This document shows positions 35,147-48,334 of a DNA stretch of 64,000 nt, piece after piece. The notes under the pieces are model-generated. The model made no database searches. It was not told the DNA's origin and saw only the letters and a program-made list of their open reading frames with translations. Each line of letters begins with the position of its first letter. The stretch's first letter is position 1. The stretch is from positions 125,324-189,323 of the forward strand of contig CBFFRP010000075.1 in the NCBI GenBank assembly GCA_965644295.1, read 5' to 3'. The DNA is from Paraphysomonas bandaiensis (Eukaryota > Protista > Chrysophyceae). A program made the translations under genes and the position numbers.

Positions 35147-37300
35147 ATGAGAATGAGCGGAAGTGTCTGTGTCGATAGCGGCGTTAACGATACTGATAAT
35201 ACAGACACTCATACAGACACATACACCAACAGCAGTGATGAGGAGGACGATGAGGAGAGGGGATTCTTCGACTCCATTGAAGACGATCAAACACTCTCTT
35301 CTCTCTGCAGATACAGTCTGTATTCAAACCGCACAAGAGACACAGAGGAGTCTGCTGATGATGATGGGCGTGCTGCTCATGGACCTGATAAAGATGGCCG
35401 TGCTGATGAGGAGGATCAGTTCTTAATTAACTCACGCCCTCTGTTTCCGCCACTACCCAGAGGGAGGAGCTCTACGCTTGATGTTGGAGGTGCTTCGTCC
35501 TTTAGCGACACTCGTACACGATCTGTTAGTGACACAGGGGGTAGTGATAGACACCACAGCGAATTGAATAGTGCCAGAACAATACGGCCAAATTTTGGTG
35601 TAAATTTAACGTATTCCTATGATGATGGTGAGTCATTTGTTCCTATAGAGGAGGGCAGTGACAGTCACAGTGAGAGTAAGGAACCCACAGGGAATGACGC
35701 AGGGCATGGCGAGACACCTGCTTCTGCTGAAAGTGGAGCATACATATCGGGTATATATAGTAGACTAAAAAAGGCTGTATTGAGTCCCTCGAGCGAGCGT
35801 GAAGCAGAGGGAACCTTTGAAGATGACCACAGGGGCAGGACTATCTCGGACTCTACCCCGTCCCGACACAGATCCGAGAGTTCGGTGAGGGTGTCTCTGT
35901 TTTCGAAGCGGCGATTTACTCCCTTCGGTGTGCTCTCCATAGCTCAGCAAGTCAGGGCACACCAAGGGGCGATTTGGACGGCGGAGTTCTCTCTTGATGG
36001 CAAATACCTGGCAACTGGAGGACGAGATGGTCGGGTGATTGTTTGGTCGGTGGGCATTGACCGAAGAGGGGTAAGTGATGATGACCTTTCACCTCGTCAT
36101 CGTGCGCCTGGTCCGCCGCACGTCCCGTCTACTGATGCTACAGAAGTGGAAGTGTGGTCGCGAGGGGGATTCTCATTATTGCATCCCTCTCCTTGCAGGG
36201 TTTATAGTGATCACACTGATGATGTGGTGGCGTTGTCCTGGACTAAGAAACACTTTTTGCTTTCAGCATCGGCAGACAAAACAGTGCGTTTGTGGAATGT
36301 TCGCCGGGTAGAATGTCTCCGCGTTATTGAACATCCGGATTTGCTTTCATCAGTCACATTTCACCCCCTCTCTGAAAGGTTTCTGGTGACTGGTTGTATG
36401 GACGGACACGTGCGAGTGTACGACCTGTTAAAAGAAGATACTAAAGAGACCGCTTGGGTGGAGGTGAGTTTTTCTGTCCATTCTAGCACATCTCCCCATT
36501 AGAATCTAATCTGATACGGTATTGTACAGGCCCATGATATAGTCACCGCTGTGTGCTTCAGCCCTGATGGTGCTTATGTGGTTGCGGGTTTTTTTGATGG
36601 CCATGTTTTCATTTATGAATTTCCTGACTTAAAGTACTACACACAAATAGCTTGTCTTAAGCGAAAGAAACGGGGTAAAATGAACCAGCTGGGGCGAAAG
36701 GTGACAGGATTACACTTTATTCGGGATGGGGCTACCGGAACTGGGGTAGAGACAGGACCACGTCGTGCTGCTATGTCAAAGAGCTGGCAATCTCTCTTAG
36801 TTACCACGAATGATAGCAGAATCCGACTCTTTAACATGTCGGACTTCACTCAGATAGCCAAATTTAAGGGACTTAGCAACAACAGCAGACAGATCCGCGC
36901 ATCTGGATCAGTGGATGGCCGTACTATTATATGTGGGTCCGACACAGGGGAAGTCTTCTTGTGGCGGAATCCTTGTCACCGCCAGGATTCTGGTGGTGGT
37001 GGGGATGGCCGATATATTAAAAGTCTTTATACGCCGTCGAAATCAAAGACCTGCGGGATGTATGCCACAATTTCATCAGAGGACGGTGGACTTAATTCAT
37101 CGGGAATATCTGCCTGTATTGTTGCACAATTTGTTCCGATGTGCGCACTACGGCGGGCTTGTTTAAATGATTTTGATAAACCTTTCGGAGAACACAGTGA
37201 AAGCAATGATAATATCACTGACCAGGCAATCATATCTGCGGGATCGAATGGTACTATTAGTATATTTTATAATAGTTTCAGTGAATTTCCAATTACGTAA
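35147..37300 (+). CDS. WDR44: WD40-repeat protein WDR44-like
   Basis: Acidic disordered N-terminus; AHQGAIWTAEFSLDGKYLATGG; FLLSASADKTVRLW; LLVTTNDSRIRL; KFKG..N..QIRAS.S.DG..IICGS. One intron ~36464-36529. Confidence 0.82.
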
Positions 37301-37444
37301 TACAAACCAGCGACTGTGTCTTTTGTTCGTGAATAGTACTGTTTGTTTCCCTGCTTACTTAGCAATATATATTAACAGCAGTTAAAAATAGTCCATCCTT
37401 TGTCATGTGAGGACTGGGTTGTGATTCGTTGAAGTAGTGAATAT

Positions 37445-37578
37445 AGTGAATGTCTTATTATTAGCAATATGCGTTTACGAGTCAGAATTAATGTAGCAAA
37501 ACAACTTAACTAACTAGGACTTAACTCTGATATCCTATATATATCCTACTATTTAACTACCCTACACATGCTACTTGT
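37445..37578 (-). mobile_element. LINE/SINE 3' tail copy interrupted by a hAT derivative end
   Basis: GTGAATGTCTTATTATTAGCAATATGCG..GAGTCAGAA..TTAACTCTGAT..ATCCTACTATTTAAC matches 18245-18330 and 1756-1890; abuts CAGGGCTG at 37579. Confidence 0.65.
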
Positions 37579-37850
37579 CAGGGCTGCGTAACATTTAATT
37601 GCAATTAAATTTCAATTATTAGTTATAGCTCGCGCAATTATAATTGCAATTTAATCGCCAGTTATTGTCTACTTAAATTAGTTACTCATGACAAGCACGA
37701 ATAGAAACTTCAATTGTACTTGCATTCCACAGAAGTCTTTAAAGCGCAAGAAAGAACACAAGGGCCCCCAATCTATGGCTCCTAATCATTAGAAGTGGAG
37801 TAAATATGCTCCAAGCAGCGGTACTAAGTTGATTTGGTTGTGCGTATAAT
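37579..37850 (+). mobile_element. Partial non-autonomous hAT element (left end; family of 58056-58798)
   Basis: Starts CAGGGCTGCGTAAC and aligns with 58056-58386 (GTTATAGCTCGCGCAATTA, CAAGCACGAATAG, GTGGAGTAAATATGCT..AAGCAGCGGTACT). Confidence 0.75.
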
Positions 37851-38388
37851 AATCAAGTGCAGTATTTACATTATTATTATATAATATATATATTATTATA
37901 TAGTTTTAGATTTAGCACTTACATTCCTTTATATTGCTAAATAATCAGACATATATATTATACAGTGATATACGCACTATTGTAAATTATAATGATAGTA
38001 TTACATGTCCAAAACTCTAGACATCCATGATTTCGACTGCAGAAAAAAGTAAAAAGCCCTGATAATACCATGTATGTATGTACATACCGCTGCACGTCCA
38101 GAGTTCGTAGTGAACTTCAATCCTGTAGCATCTTGTAAGGCAGGATCGGTAATAATATGATTACCAAACTACTTAGAGATATTACTATGTATCTTCAAAC
38201 TAGAAGAGTATTACGCTATGGATCGAGTGTTTGAACTTAATTAGTCTGTACCTCAAGGTCAAGAGGAAAGAAACGTAATACAAAGAAACAATAATTTTCA
38301 GAATATGTAAAGAAATTTGTAATGAGAGCTAGCCTTCACACCATTTTAATAGCCATTATAATATCCATGAAGGGTGGTGGACTTGAAT

Positions 38389-39571
38389 CAGGGCTGCGTA
38401 TCAATTAATTATCAATTAATTGACGCAGGTTGTAGTCAATTATAATTGCAATGTATTATTACTTTTGCTGTCTCAATTTCAACTATTGAAATTAACTTCA
38501 ATTGACTGCAATTATTTAGTACTAAAATACACTAGCTGCGAATATAGCTACCTCAACTGTCATTTCATTCCAGAGGCAACGATTCATGCGTAAAAAAATA
38601 ATTAGCACTAAATGTTGAGGAGTCAATCTCCTGCGCAAGCCCGTCATCATAACAATCGTAGCTCTACTGTGAACAACCTCTCACCCTTATTGGTTGTGCT
38701 ATATGCAAGTGCTTCATCCGTAACGAGTTTTCTGGTTAAGTTTTGCTCGCTTCCGCCATCAAACAAACGTTGCGCTGGGTCGTCATTCGGAGCTAGACTC
38801 GCACCGTCCTCATCGAACAAATATATTTTAGTTTTTGATCCTTTTTGCCGTCCGAGTTACGGCTTCGTTGCCACATTTTGAATCTTCACGACTGCCTTTT
38901 CGAAAGCAGCGTTATGAATAATAGCAGCACTGTCGCCCAGATGAAGCTCAATAATCGGGTGCATTATGAAGGGTTCATCAATCAATGTACAAACGTCGTG
39001 GAGGTCAAGCTGGTGTTAACCTTACTTCTGTAATTGTACTACACCTATTTATATAATACAGGACATAATATATATATATACATATATATATACTCTGTAT
39101 ATAGGTGGATAGTCCTACTTAACACGTCGGAACCAAACTCGAATGATCGCATATGATTAGGGTTAGGATATATAGAAGCCAGTAGCGATCAATCACGGAA
39201 AATATGGAGTCCCTTTTCCTGCAGGACAAACCTCTATCACAGCCTCTTCGTTATTATTATCATCATTTACTTTCTCAAATAACACTCGTGCAATGACTTC
39301 TGGTGCCAATTTGTCGCTCCTATCGCAAATTAATTAAATAAATTACTATGTGGGATAATCCTACGGATATTATAGTCTTTCACCAATCTTCGATTTTTAT
39401 CCTAAAAAATTGGATTTTTTTTAATACCGTTTTTCAACAACTTTTCAGTATAAATTAATTGTCAATTAATTGAAGCTAGCTGGAGTCAATTATAATAGCA
39501 ATTATGAATCGATGTCCCAATTTCAATTATTGCAATTTCAATAATTGACAATTAATTGATACGCAGCCCTG
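38389..39571 (-). mobile_element. Non-autonomous hAT deletion derivative
   Basis: TIR CAGGGCTGCGTATCAATTAATT; exact 8-bp TSD ACTTGAAT (38381-38388 and 39572-39579); minus-strand remnant TTNKGERLF of the hAT dimerization domain. Confidence 0.92.
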
Positions 39572-39745
39572 ACTTGAATGGAGAGGCTAGCCTTCACACC
39601 ACTTTAATAGTCATTATAATATAGCCACGAAGAGCAAGAAATAGCCATAACCCTTAAAATATTTCCCAAGTTATAAATCTAATATTTTATGTCCTTATAC
39701 TAATAGTAAATTATTGCGTATATTCCATGAAATTGTGCGCAGCTC

Positions 39746-39890
39746 TGCTGCTTTTGTGCGTCACCGTAAGTACCGAGATGCAATTACTCTCGCTTTATCA
39801 CTCAAAAAGCAAACGCAGTGAGGAAGTACAATGTTGATACACCTGACATCCGATGCCTGTTTATTAGTCATGACCCAAAGATGCCTTGTT
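39746..39890 (-). mobile_element. Degenerate SINE-like fragment (tail module plus part of body)
   Basis: CTGC..TTGTGCGTCACCGTAAGTACC..GATGCAA module, and ATGCCTGTTTATT.GTCA.G.CCCAAAG matching 57709-57737. Confidence 0.55.
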
Positions 39891-40205
39891 CATAACATTG
39901 TAATGAATAATAAATAGCAGGTATTTATTTTGTGGACCTATACTTTTATTGCAATATGTATTGGGCACATATCTTGCACTCACTTTAGCCCTCCTGATAA
40001 ATTATGATGTTTGCGTTATATTTAATACAGGATTGATGCCAACAGAAATTGATGATGTGAAATCATTCGAAATAAAAAATTACAAACACTTGTTAGAGTT
40101 AAGATTAAATGCTAAACAATATAGATACCATTAACCGGACATAATCTAGTCTAATATTTCAGTTACATAGCAGCCAGCACTCAAGACAATGTCTACGCAA
40201 TCTAC

Positions 40206-43200
40206 TTATCTTTCGATGACAAAACGTCAGCTAGCGACTTTGGTTTGGAATTCTTTACAGTACCAGGCTGATAAGAATCATATTTGCCTGTATCACCACT
40301 ATCAGCATCAGTACCAAACGGACATGCACCTAGCGTAACACGTTACACCCTTAAAAACAGGAAACAACACGATACCTGCGTACTGGTTCCTTTTTCCCTC
40401 AGACCAGTGATAATTCTTATTCGAAAACATTTCCTGCGGCGAATTCGTGTCTTCAGTAACAGTGACTTTCGTTTTGTATTTAGGAGGTGTGTCATGTACA
40501 AATGAAGGAGGTTGTCGCCTGACAGTACATTAGATAAGAGCACCCACAGTTGCAGTCTCAGTACCGCTGAACATTCCACGTTAGTAGATTTTTGGATCCA
40601 TGACCAATTGTACTTCGCTTAAGCACAAATCCGTCAGTGGCATCCACAGCATCGTAACTCTCTGCAACAGCATCAACCTATATTTCTAAAATAGACACAA
40701 TATTACCGCCTTCCTTTTCGCTCCAGCTAATGACGTCGGGGTGTCGAGGAAATGGAGGCGTAACTGCCTGCGTGAGCGTTAAAGATAATACATTAACAGA
40801 ATGACAAAAATTGCCTTTTTCTGTCTTGATCTACCAGCAGACTGACACTCAAGCAATGATGCCTCTTGATTCCAGGAAATTACATCGCCAAACGACTGCT
40901 TAGCAACTGGAACCTTGGATGCAGTTCCAGACTGCTGCTCCCGACATTGCACTGCCGGCTTTTTGCTGGAAAGCCCGGTCATATCCCGCACTAACTTGAA
41001 GAAATCATCATCATTAGCAACATGTGGAGATAGATTCTTAAAGAACATCTCAAAATCCGAAGCAGATATCGCAGTTTCAAATCCACGTCCACTCATCTAT
41101 ATGAAAACAGTGCACTATTACACGGCTAGTTTACACACATCTCACTTACAGAGCAAATCTCAAAAAAGTCTTCAATTTGACGAAGAGCTTGCCAAGGCGA
41201 TTTTCTTCCAGTGGCCACATCCGGGTAATGATTTACATTGAAGTGATCCAAAAATACTTCGAGAGTTATTTTTCCAGTGCCAAATCTGTCCATCATTACA
41301 AACGCCTTGGTGTATCACCGTTTGGTTAAGAACGCCTGTTCAATTGTGATGGAGACAATACCTGTCTAATAATATCTTTTCTCCGAGGACTGACATCACC
41401 CTGTAGAGCGTTCGAAAAAACAAATTCAACATATCAGAAGTTTACAATGTAAGCAAGTTACCTGAAGGCTTGAAATAACCTCATCATAGCTGAGACTCCC
41501 GTCACCATTTTTGTCGAAGTGATTAAAAAGGTACCGGATGTCCGAATCAGATAGACCTTTTGAGGTCTGTGTGTCTTGTAAAAAATCGCGACATGCCTTT
41601 CGGAACTCATTAAAACTCAAAAGCTTGTCTCCGTTCTCATCAACGCGGTGAAACATTTGCAGTAGCAATGACAAAGCATCCAAAGATCCCTAAAGACGAG
41701 CAAATCACGTTAACTGGGGCTAAGATCATCGCTAGGCATTGCTTACACTACGTTCTACCGAATCCTTTAGTCGCTGCTTTGCTACTGCTACTGCCTCATG
41801 AGGCGTGTCATCCTCTAATGAACGGTGCTTGAAAACGTATCCATCTAGCTCGTGAACACATGCACGCCAATCGAGCAGCCCCGACTGCTCTTGCAGCTGC
41901 AACTGCTTTAGCACACCTTCAGGTAGCTCGATCCCCATTGTAAATATGATATCCTGGAACTCTATTCGCGACAGCTCTCCCGCATCTAGTTTACGCAGTG
42001 CTGCAAGTACCTGCTCTCGGAGCAGCTTCTGCTCACTAGTATAGCTAAGTTCCTGTTTTTGCACACCCTTCTTGCCCTTGTGCATTTCCAATTGGGCGGC
42101 GGAGAGAAGCGGTGTACCAGGAGCATTATCGTGAACCATCGCATCCTGAACCCCTCTCGAGGATTTGACAAACGATCCTATAGTCGATCGCTGTGCAGCT
42201 TGTCCTCCGCTACCCTTACTACCTCCTCTTGACCGCATGGTTGCGTCTGTCTCAATGATCTTCTTTCCAGTTTTTCTCTCCATGGCAGAGGATTGCATTG
42301 CAGTTTTCTTCTGATAATCTACTCGCTTTCGAGCATAAAATAGTCCTGCTTGATGTTCCTCCCGATCTTTCATGTCATTTCGACCTTGTAATACGAAATT
42401 ACACATCACTTTACTAATATTATGTCACCAACAGGCACGCACCCATCAAACTGGCAGCACCTCCTGCAGGACGGGAGTAGTCTAGCGGCTTGCTGTTGGG
42501 GTCATAGTGAATCAGAGACCGCACAAAATCGCCAAAACGTATTTCGCATGAACGGTTAGTTCGTAAAAGTTCCAAAAAACTTCTTGTCGGAACAATACCG
42601 AGGTCCTGTTTGAATATTAAACAAAAAAGACAGAATTGATATGACGCACTTTAATGCAATTGATGAGTTCTTCCTCAGAATGAACTTGCTCCTCATACTT
42701 TCGAAATGCATCAAATACATCGTTATGTTTCTCTTGTAGCAGTTTGGCTTGTCGTTCTGATTGCATTTTTTGCTGGTGGACAACATCGGCTCTCCACGGC
42801 TTGAGTGCAGTACCAGTTGAAGTCTTAACACGTCCCGATGGAATTGCACTTGCCTTGGCATTAGTAACTCGGCGTTCCCTGCAAGGGAAAGAACGAGCAA
42901 CAGTAAGAGATCATGTGAGGTGTGTTTGAGTAATATGAGAGCAGAGACAAACAGTTATATATATAGACAGACAGCGAGATCAGTCTCACCTCGCGAGCTC
43001 TCTCTCGAGTCCGTTAAAGTCAACGAACCCATCTGGCATAATCACACAGTGCACCAGTATGTTCTCTATGATCGGATGTCCGAAAGGGAATCCCAAATCA
43101 GCCACAGCTGACCTGAAGTCTGATGTATGTATGATGCCCTCATTGTTAAGGTCGCGGGACTTTATTACGCCTAGAATCGTCTCTCTTATCAGAAGATCCG

Positions 43201-43210
43201 ATCCGGACAT
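40206..43210 (-). CDS. Multi EF-hand, calcyphosin-like calcium-binding protein (about 9 exons)
   Basis: EF loops DLNNEGII, DENGDKLLSFNE and DKNGDGSLSYDE. Calcyphosin-like segments (HPDV.SG-like region, FEMFFKNLS..VANDDDF). Confidence 0.75.
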
Positions 43211-43806
43211 GAGGGATGATGAGAGTGGAGAGGTTGATAGTGTCGATGAGGTGCAGGATGTGTTGATAGTTAATATACTATGAATCTATCTATCTTTCTA
43301 CCTGACTGTATGTGTATATGCACAGCTCCATAGCACAGTCTGCCTGTAGCTGCATATCATACATACGGATACCTACAGTACATACATGTAGCATAGAGCT
43401 CAGTGGAATGCACAGCAGGTCCAACAGCTATTTTTGGCTATTTGTTCTGTATTATTCCTGTATTCCACACCATGGCTAATTCTGTATTCTCCTGCTGTAT
43501 TTTACGTATACTCCTTTCCATAGCAGTTGAAGGTTGAAGTGTTGGTGTTCTGATATACGGTGCACTACAAGCAACTTCTGTGTGCTGCCGTATATATGGG
43601 CTGGATATGTCCCCGGGATGTACACATACACATACATGTACATGTACTGCTGTATACCCTGCTCATCTGCTCATACATAAGTACAGTATAATGTACACGC
43701 GACGCACGAATCAGAAGGAATCAAATCAATTAGCAGTAATTCCATTGAGCTCTATTTACAGCAGGGATACCGTCCCCGTCTCATCTCAGCTGAATACATA
43801 AACTGT

Positions 43807-44400
43807 ATGAACCCAGTGATTCGTTCCATCGGGCTGCTCCCACTATTTGTTTGTTTGGTGATCTCTCGCAAGGAAGGATCTCACATGCGTCTAAGAGGAT
43901 CAGAAGATTTTGAATACATGGAATTCAGTGCTGACTTCTCTTCACCTTATCCCCTTCCATCACCCTCTCCTCATGTAACTCCATTGCCTACATGGCTTTG
44001 TTATGATCCAGGTGAATTGATTCGTAGAAGAGTAGCAGTATATAAATATTTGTGTGCAGATGCTGTTGATGAGGGTATTATATGCCCATTGTACTATGAC
44101 CCTGTTTGTGGGTGCGACGGCATTGAGTACTCCAATGAATGTTTCGCGAGAAGGCAAGGTATTTTGCGGTGGGATAAGGGTAGGTGTTTAAAACAAGCGC
44201 TTCCTACGATGCAACCCACCAATGTCGAAGATTTTCCATCTTGGTTGGACAATTGTATAGAGGAACCGTCTGCTGAGGAAAACAGGGAATGTATACCTGA
44301 AATATTTTTTGTGTGTGGATGCAATGGTTTGACGTATCACAGCCCTTGTGCTGCGTCAAAATCTGGTATTGTTCACTGGACTGTAGGAAAGTGCCCATAA
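43807..44400 (+). CDS. Secreted protein with two short Kazal-type domains
   Basis: Signal peptide; CPLYYDPVCGCDGIEYSNECFA..G..W..G.C and CIPEIFFVCGCNGLTYHSPCAA..G..W..GKC. Confidence 0.85.
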   Translation: MNPVIRSIGLLPLFVCLVISRKEGSHMRLRGSEDFEYMEFSADFSSPYPLPSPSPHVTPLPTWLCYDPGELIRRRVAVYKYLCADAVDEGIICPLYYDPVCGCDGIEYSNECFARRQGILRWDKGRCLKQALPTMQPTNVEDFPSWLDNCIEEPSAEENRECIPEIFFVCGCNGLTYHSPCAASKSGIVHWTVGKCP

Positions 44401-45636
44401 CATATCAGAGTGCGTTTTACCGAGATTTTGGCTTTTTATATTTGAAATATTGTTTCGAAGTATGTCGCAATGTAGACGTAGCGTATCACACGTAGAGAGT
44501 GTGGTGTGTGACATCGGTTTCAGAAAAAGTTACGAATTTCTTCATATTTCAGTTTTAATTTTATAAAATGGTATCTAGAATAGAGAGAATAACGTCTCTT
44601 TAAGAAGCATTGTACTGTTATTGTACTGTACATTTCTACGGCTGTTGAACGTTGCACAGTCCGTTAAAATGTGGCTAGGTGGTTAATTGCTTCGTCATAC
44701 TGGGCTCCCCACAGCATCACCGTATTGAGTGAGTGTGTATTGCATACATATTCAACAAGTTATTAATAAAAAACTCACTATAACATTGCAATTACTCTCG
44801 ATTTCCTAGAGCCAATGTATATGGTATGCGATATAGTGCCGTCATATTCTTACTATTTACATTACTGTGACCATAAGGTTATGGTTCTCGAACAAGTAGC
44901 TAAACAGATCGACTGCGACAAATGCAACTATCACTCTCCTAATTTCTCATTGATGCCTCCAAAGAATGTATCATGACCGTAATATGAACGTAAGATGGAA
45001 GCAGAAAGGAATGAGCCCAAATTGATTAACAAATGCATTGTGTGCTCTCTTCTCTGTGCCTGTATTTTTATGTGTCACAGACGGCTTGTCTGTACCGCTA
45101 CTCATATACGAGGCCTATAAACATCAGCCCCTATATATTAATATATTTATCCTGCTTCAGTCCTCTTTCAATAAAAGGAATGTCACTACAACGGGCTGAT
45201 TCATGTGCTCTTGAATGGTCCCTTTTAGCACTCTGTCCTCCATAACCCAGAGTATAGCAGAGTTATTAATGTGCGACCAGATGACACATAGATCATACCA
45301 GCACACCACTCCTGTACCGCTGTAGGTGTACTTCACCACTGCTGCATAATATACTGCTGTACAAGTCCCTCTCGTCAGCCTAGTGCGGTGTATCCCGCCA
45401 GCAACGGTTTCAAGGTATGACTGATGCGGCACGGTATATGATTATACGGTCATGTATACCTCCTCTCGACGCACAGCGCAGCATGTACGTGTACGTATGT
45501 ATACAGGCATATGTGTGTGTTGTCGTTAGTCAGAGGCGAGTCCACATACACATACATACACACACACATATCGCATCGCAGAATAGAATCACGTCACTGT
45601 TTGAGTATCGATATCACTTCCTGCGCTGTGTATCTG

Positions 45637-46612
45637 ATGCCAGTGAGTGAAGAGACTGAAGAGGCAAAGGCCCTTATGAGGGAGGCTGAGGAGAACATAG
45701 AGAGCGTGGCGTTTGCTCATCCAGTGGTGAAGTTCATAATATCTCCTCACTCGGGATCCATATTAGCAAACACAGAGCCTCATGTTCAGCTCAGTGATGC
45801 TATGGAGAATAAAGGAAGAGATGTGTTCAGTGATGTACAGGAGCGGTGCGGAGGCACTGGAAGAGTTCCCCGTGATAAGATAGTCGATATGCTGCTGCAG
45901 TGCGGATATAAACACAATAAGGACCTCATCGCTAGCGTTGTCGATAAGCGCTGCACTGATTCAGAGCTCGATGAGCGCGGGTGGCTTATTTTCCTCGAAA
46001 AGTACAATGCTCCACCGTACTACTATGGTCAACGGCTACGGAAGTATGCTGGCAGAGGCCAAACGCAGGAGTTATCTGAACTCATAGTACGTGGTTGCGA
46101 CCCCAATACAGGGGACGGCGAAGGACTAACTCCTCTGCATTATGCTTGTGAATGTGATCGAGTAGCAATCATTGATGCCCTTTCTTCGCTAGCAGGATCT
46201 TCCCTAAAGATAAATAGTCAAGATAAATACGGTTGGACGCCTTTGCACAGTGCTGCTCATCATGGAAATATTGATTGCGTGGAGGCCATGTTGAAGCTAG
46301 GGGCTGATGTTACGCTTGCAGATAATATAGGGAAAACTGCACTCCATCTTGCAGTTGCACAGGTGTGTTACCAAGCTGCAGGCTTATATTGCACTTAATA
46401 TTTGCCCGCAGGGTCGAAATGGAATATGTGATATGTTACTAACCCATGGGGCAGCTATAAATGCCCCTGACAAACATGGAATGACCCCACTTCATGAAGC
46501 GGCGTATAAAAACAATGAACGCACTTACCAAATGCTATGTCTCAACAAAAATGTTGACTTGTCACTGACAGATACTTTTGGGAACACACCAGAAAAATAT
46601 TTTGAGTTATAG
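45637..46612 (+). CDS. Ankyrin-repeat protein with N-terminal EF-hand-like helical region
   Basis: GLTPLHYA, GWTPLHSAA, GKTALHLA and GMTPLHEAA repeats; one intron ~46363-46411. Confidence 0.85.
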
Positions 46613-46862
46613 ATAAAAACGATCGAACTTTTAGGAATATGTAAAATATAAGCTATGTGTACCACTTGTGTGGAACAGTATCTTGTCCAGTTTGACGATG
46701 AAAAGGTGTTATCGCGTTGTATGAATTAATTATCGTCAATTATATTGTTCCCAAAGATGCCTATTTAGAGGCAGAAACATTAACATTTCAAGGTGTCTAG
46801 GTATCACTCGCTTGTAAAAATAAGTATGCAACCTCTCACAACATTGGTAATTCTATAAATAT

Positions 46863-47572
46863 CAGGCTTGCGTAACGATTAATTGGCGACAGGTATCCAA
46901 CAATAGTAATTGCAATTATTAATCAAACATTCATTAATTGCCTTCAATTATATTGCAAGATTTTAGAATAGCTTCTGAACTATAATCTCATCCAAAAGAT
47001 GCCGATTTTTACGCAGAAACATCAACATTTCAAGGTGTCTAGGTGTCATTCGCTAGCGAAAATCAGTCAAAAATCTTAGCTCTGCTAATAAAGTTTACAT
47101 TGTTGTCTAATATTGTTTAGGGTTTCTTCGGAGTATAGAGGAGATACTATATTCTATATTATCTTAAAAGTTCTATATATAGCAGTACAGGTCATTATTG
47201 GGATACCATTAATGGGCCATTAATGGTAGTCCGGTTACCGGCAATTGTAATGGCATTAATTAACAATGTCCCGGCAATTAAAATGGCATTACCATTAACC
47301 ATTAATAATGGTTTCCAGGGAAACAACATCTCACAAGCATTGGTAGTGCTATACAAACGCTTCATGCAACGATATCGAGTTGGCTATCTAAAAATAGTGT
47401 TGCAATATATTTTTCCTATCTCCCTGGTTTGTACCTATGCTATATAATATAATTTAATATAATTTATCCAGCCAATTAATTGCAATTAATTACACATTTA
47501 TCAATAATAAGAATTGATATTATTACAACCAATTATTGCCAATAAATTAAAAACCAATTTTACGCCAGCCTG
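46863..47572. mobile_element. MITE-like element with nested fragments
   Basis: Imperfect TIR CAGGCT(T/G)GCGTAA; AATT-rich subtermini; contains a hAT-like end (..TTCCTATCTCCCTG near 47426) and copies of its own flanks. No 8-bp TSD seen. Confidence 0.55.
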
Positions 47573-48334
47573 ATGCTTCATGCAACGATATCGTGTTGCG
47601 TCTTTTCTTGAGCTTTCGGTTTTCTTTAGGTTAATTCACTTTCGCTGAATTTGGCCAAAAAGCGGTGGTAATTGTCTACGACTTTGGTGAAAAAACAGTT
47701 AACATAATATATATCTTATCCTAAACATTATGTCGAGGTAATAATAGCAAAACCTGGTGAAATGTATATAGCCTGGTGAAATTTCTGATGATGGTCGGAA
47801 AAGGGTATAAATATGCACCATATAACATATAATATATTATTATTAATAGTGTGAAGAATATTGTTTATTATAACGTTTACCTCATAATAATCATATAATA
47901 TATATACTAAAATTTTAAGTGCCTCAAGTAACTTGCCGCTAAGCGGTTGTCATATACTGGCCATCATCATATTTGATGTTGTAAGTATATTGGCGTTGTG
48001 TACCTGAGTATACATATATACCTCTTACATAATTTGTTGATTAAATGTATGTGTTACAACAATATGTTGCTGCTGACCTCAGAAAAATAACTCTTAATTT
48101 GTGTATGTTAGAAACTAGTTCGCCTACTGCGAATGTTGGTGACGAACAATGACAATCTGATTCTGGGTCTGACACTTGTTCTTCAACCTCTGAATCACTT
48201 TTTGTTAAATGGTTGCATTTATACGCTCCTGCTCCCTCTTACTAGTAGCAGCATATTTTCTGTCATGTTTTGGTATACCTCGACTATTATATATAGATAT
48301 CGCATACCCTTCATATATACAGCGTATATATATA

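Noticed and set aside
43867-43920. RxLR-EER-like effector motif after the Kazal protein signal peptide
   Set aside because: The sequence is MRLRGSED, lacking the first Arg and an EER motif.
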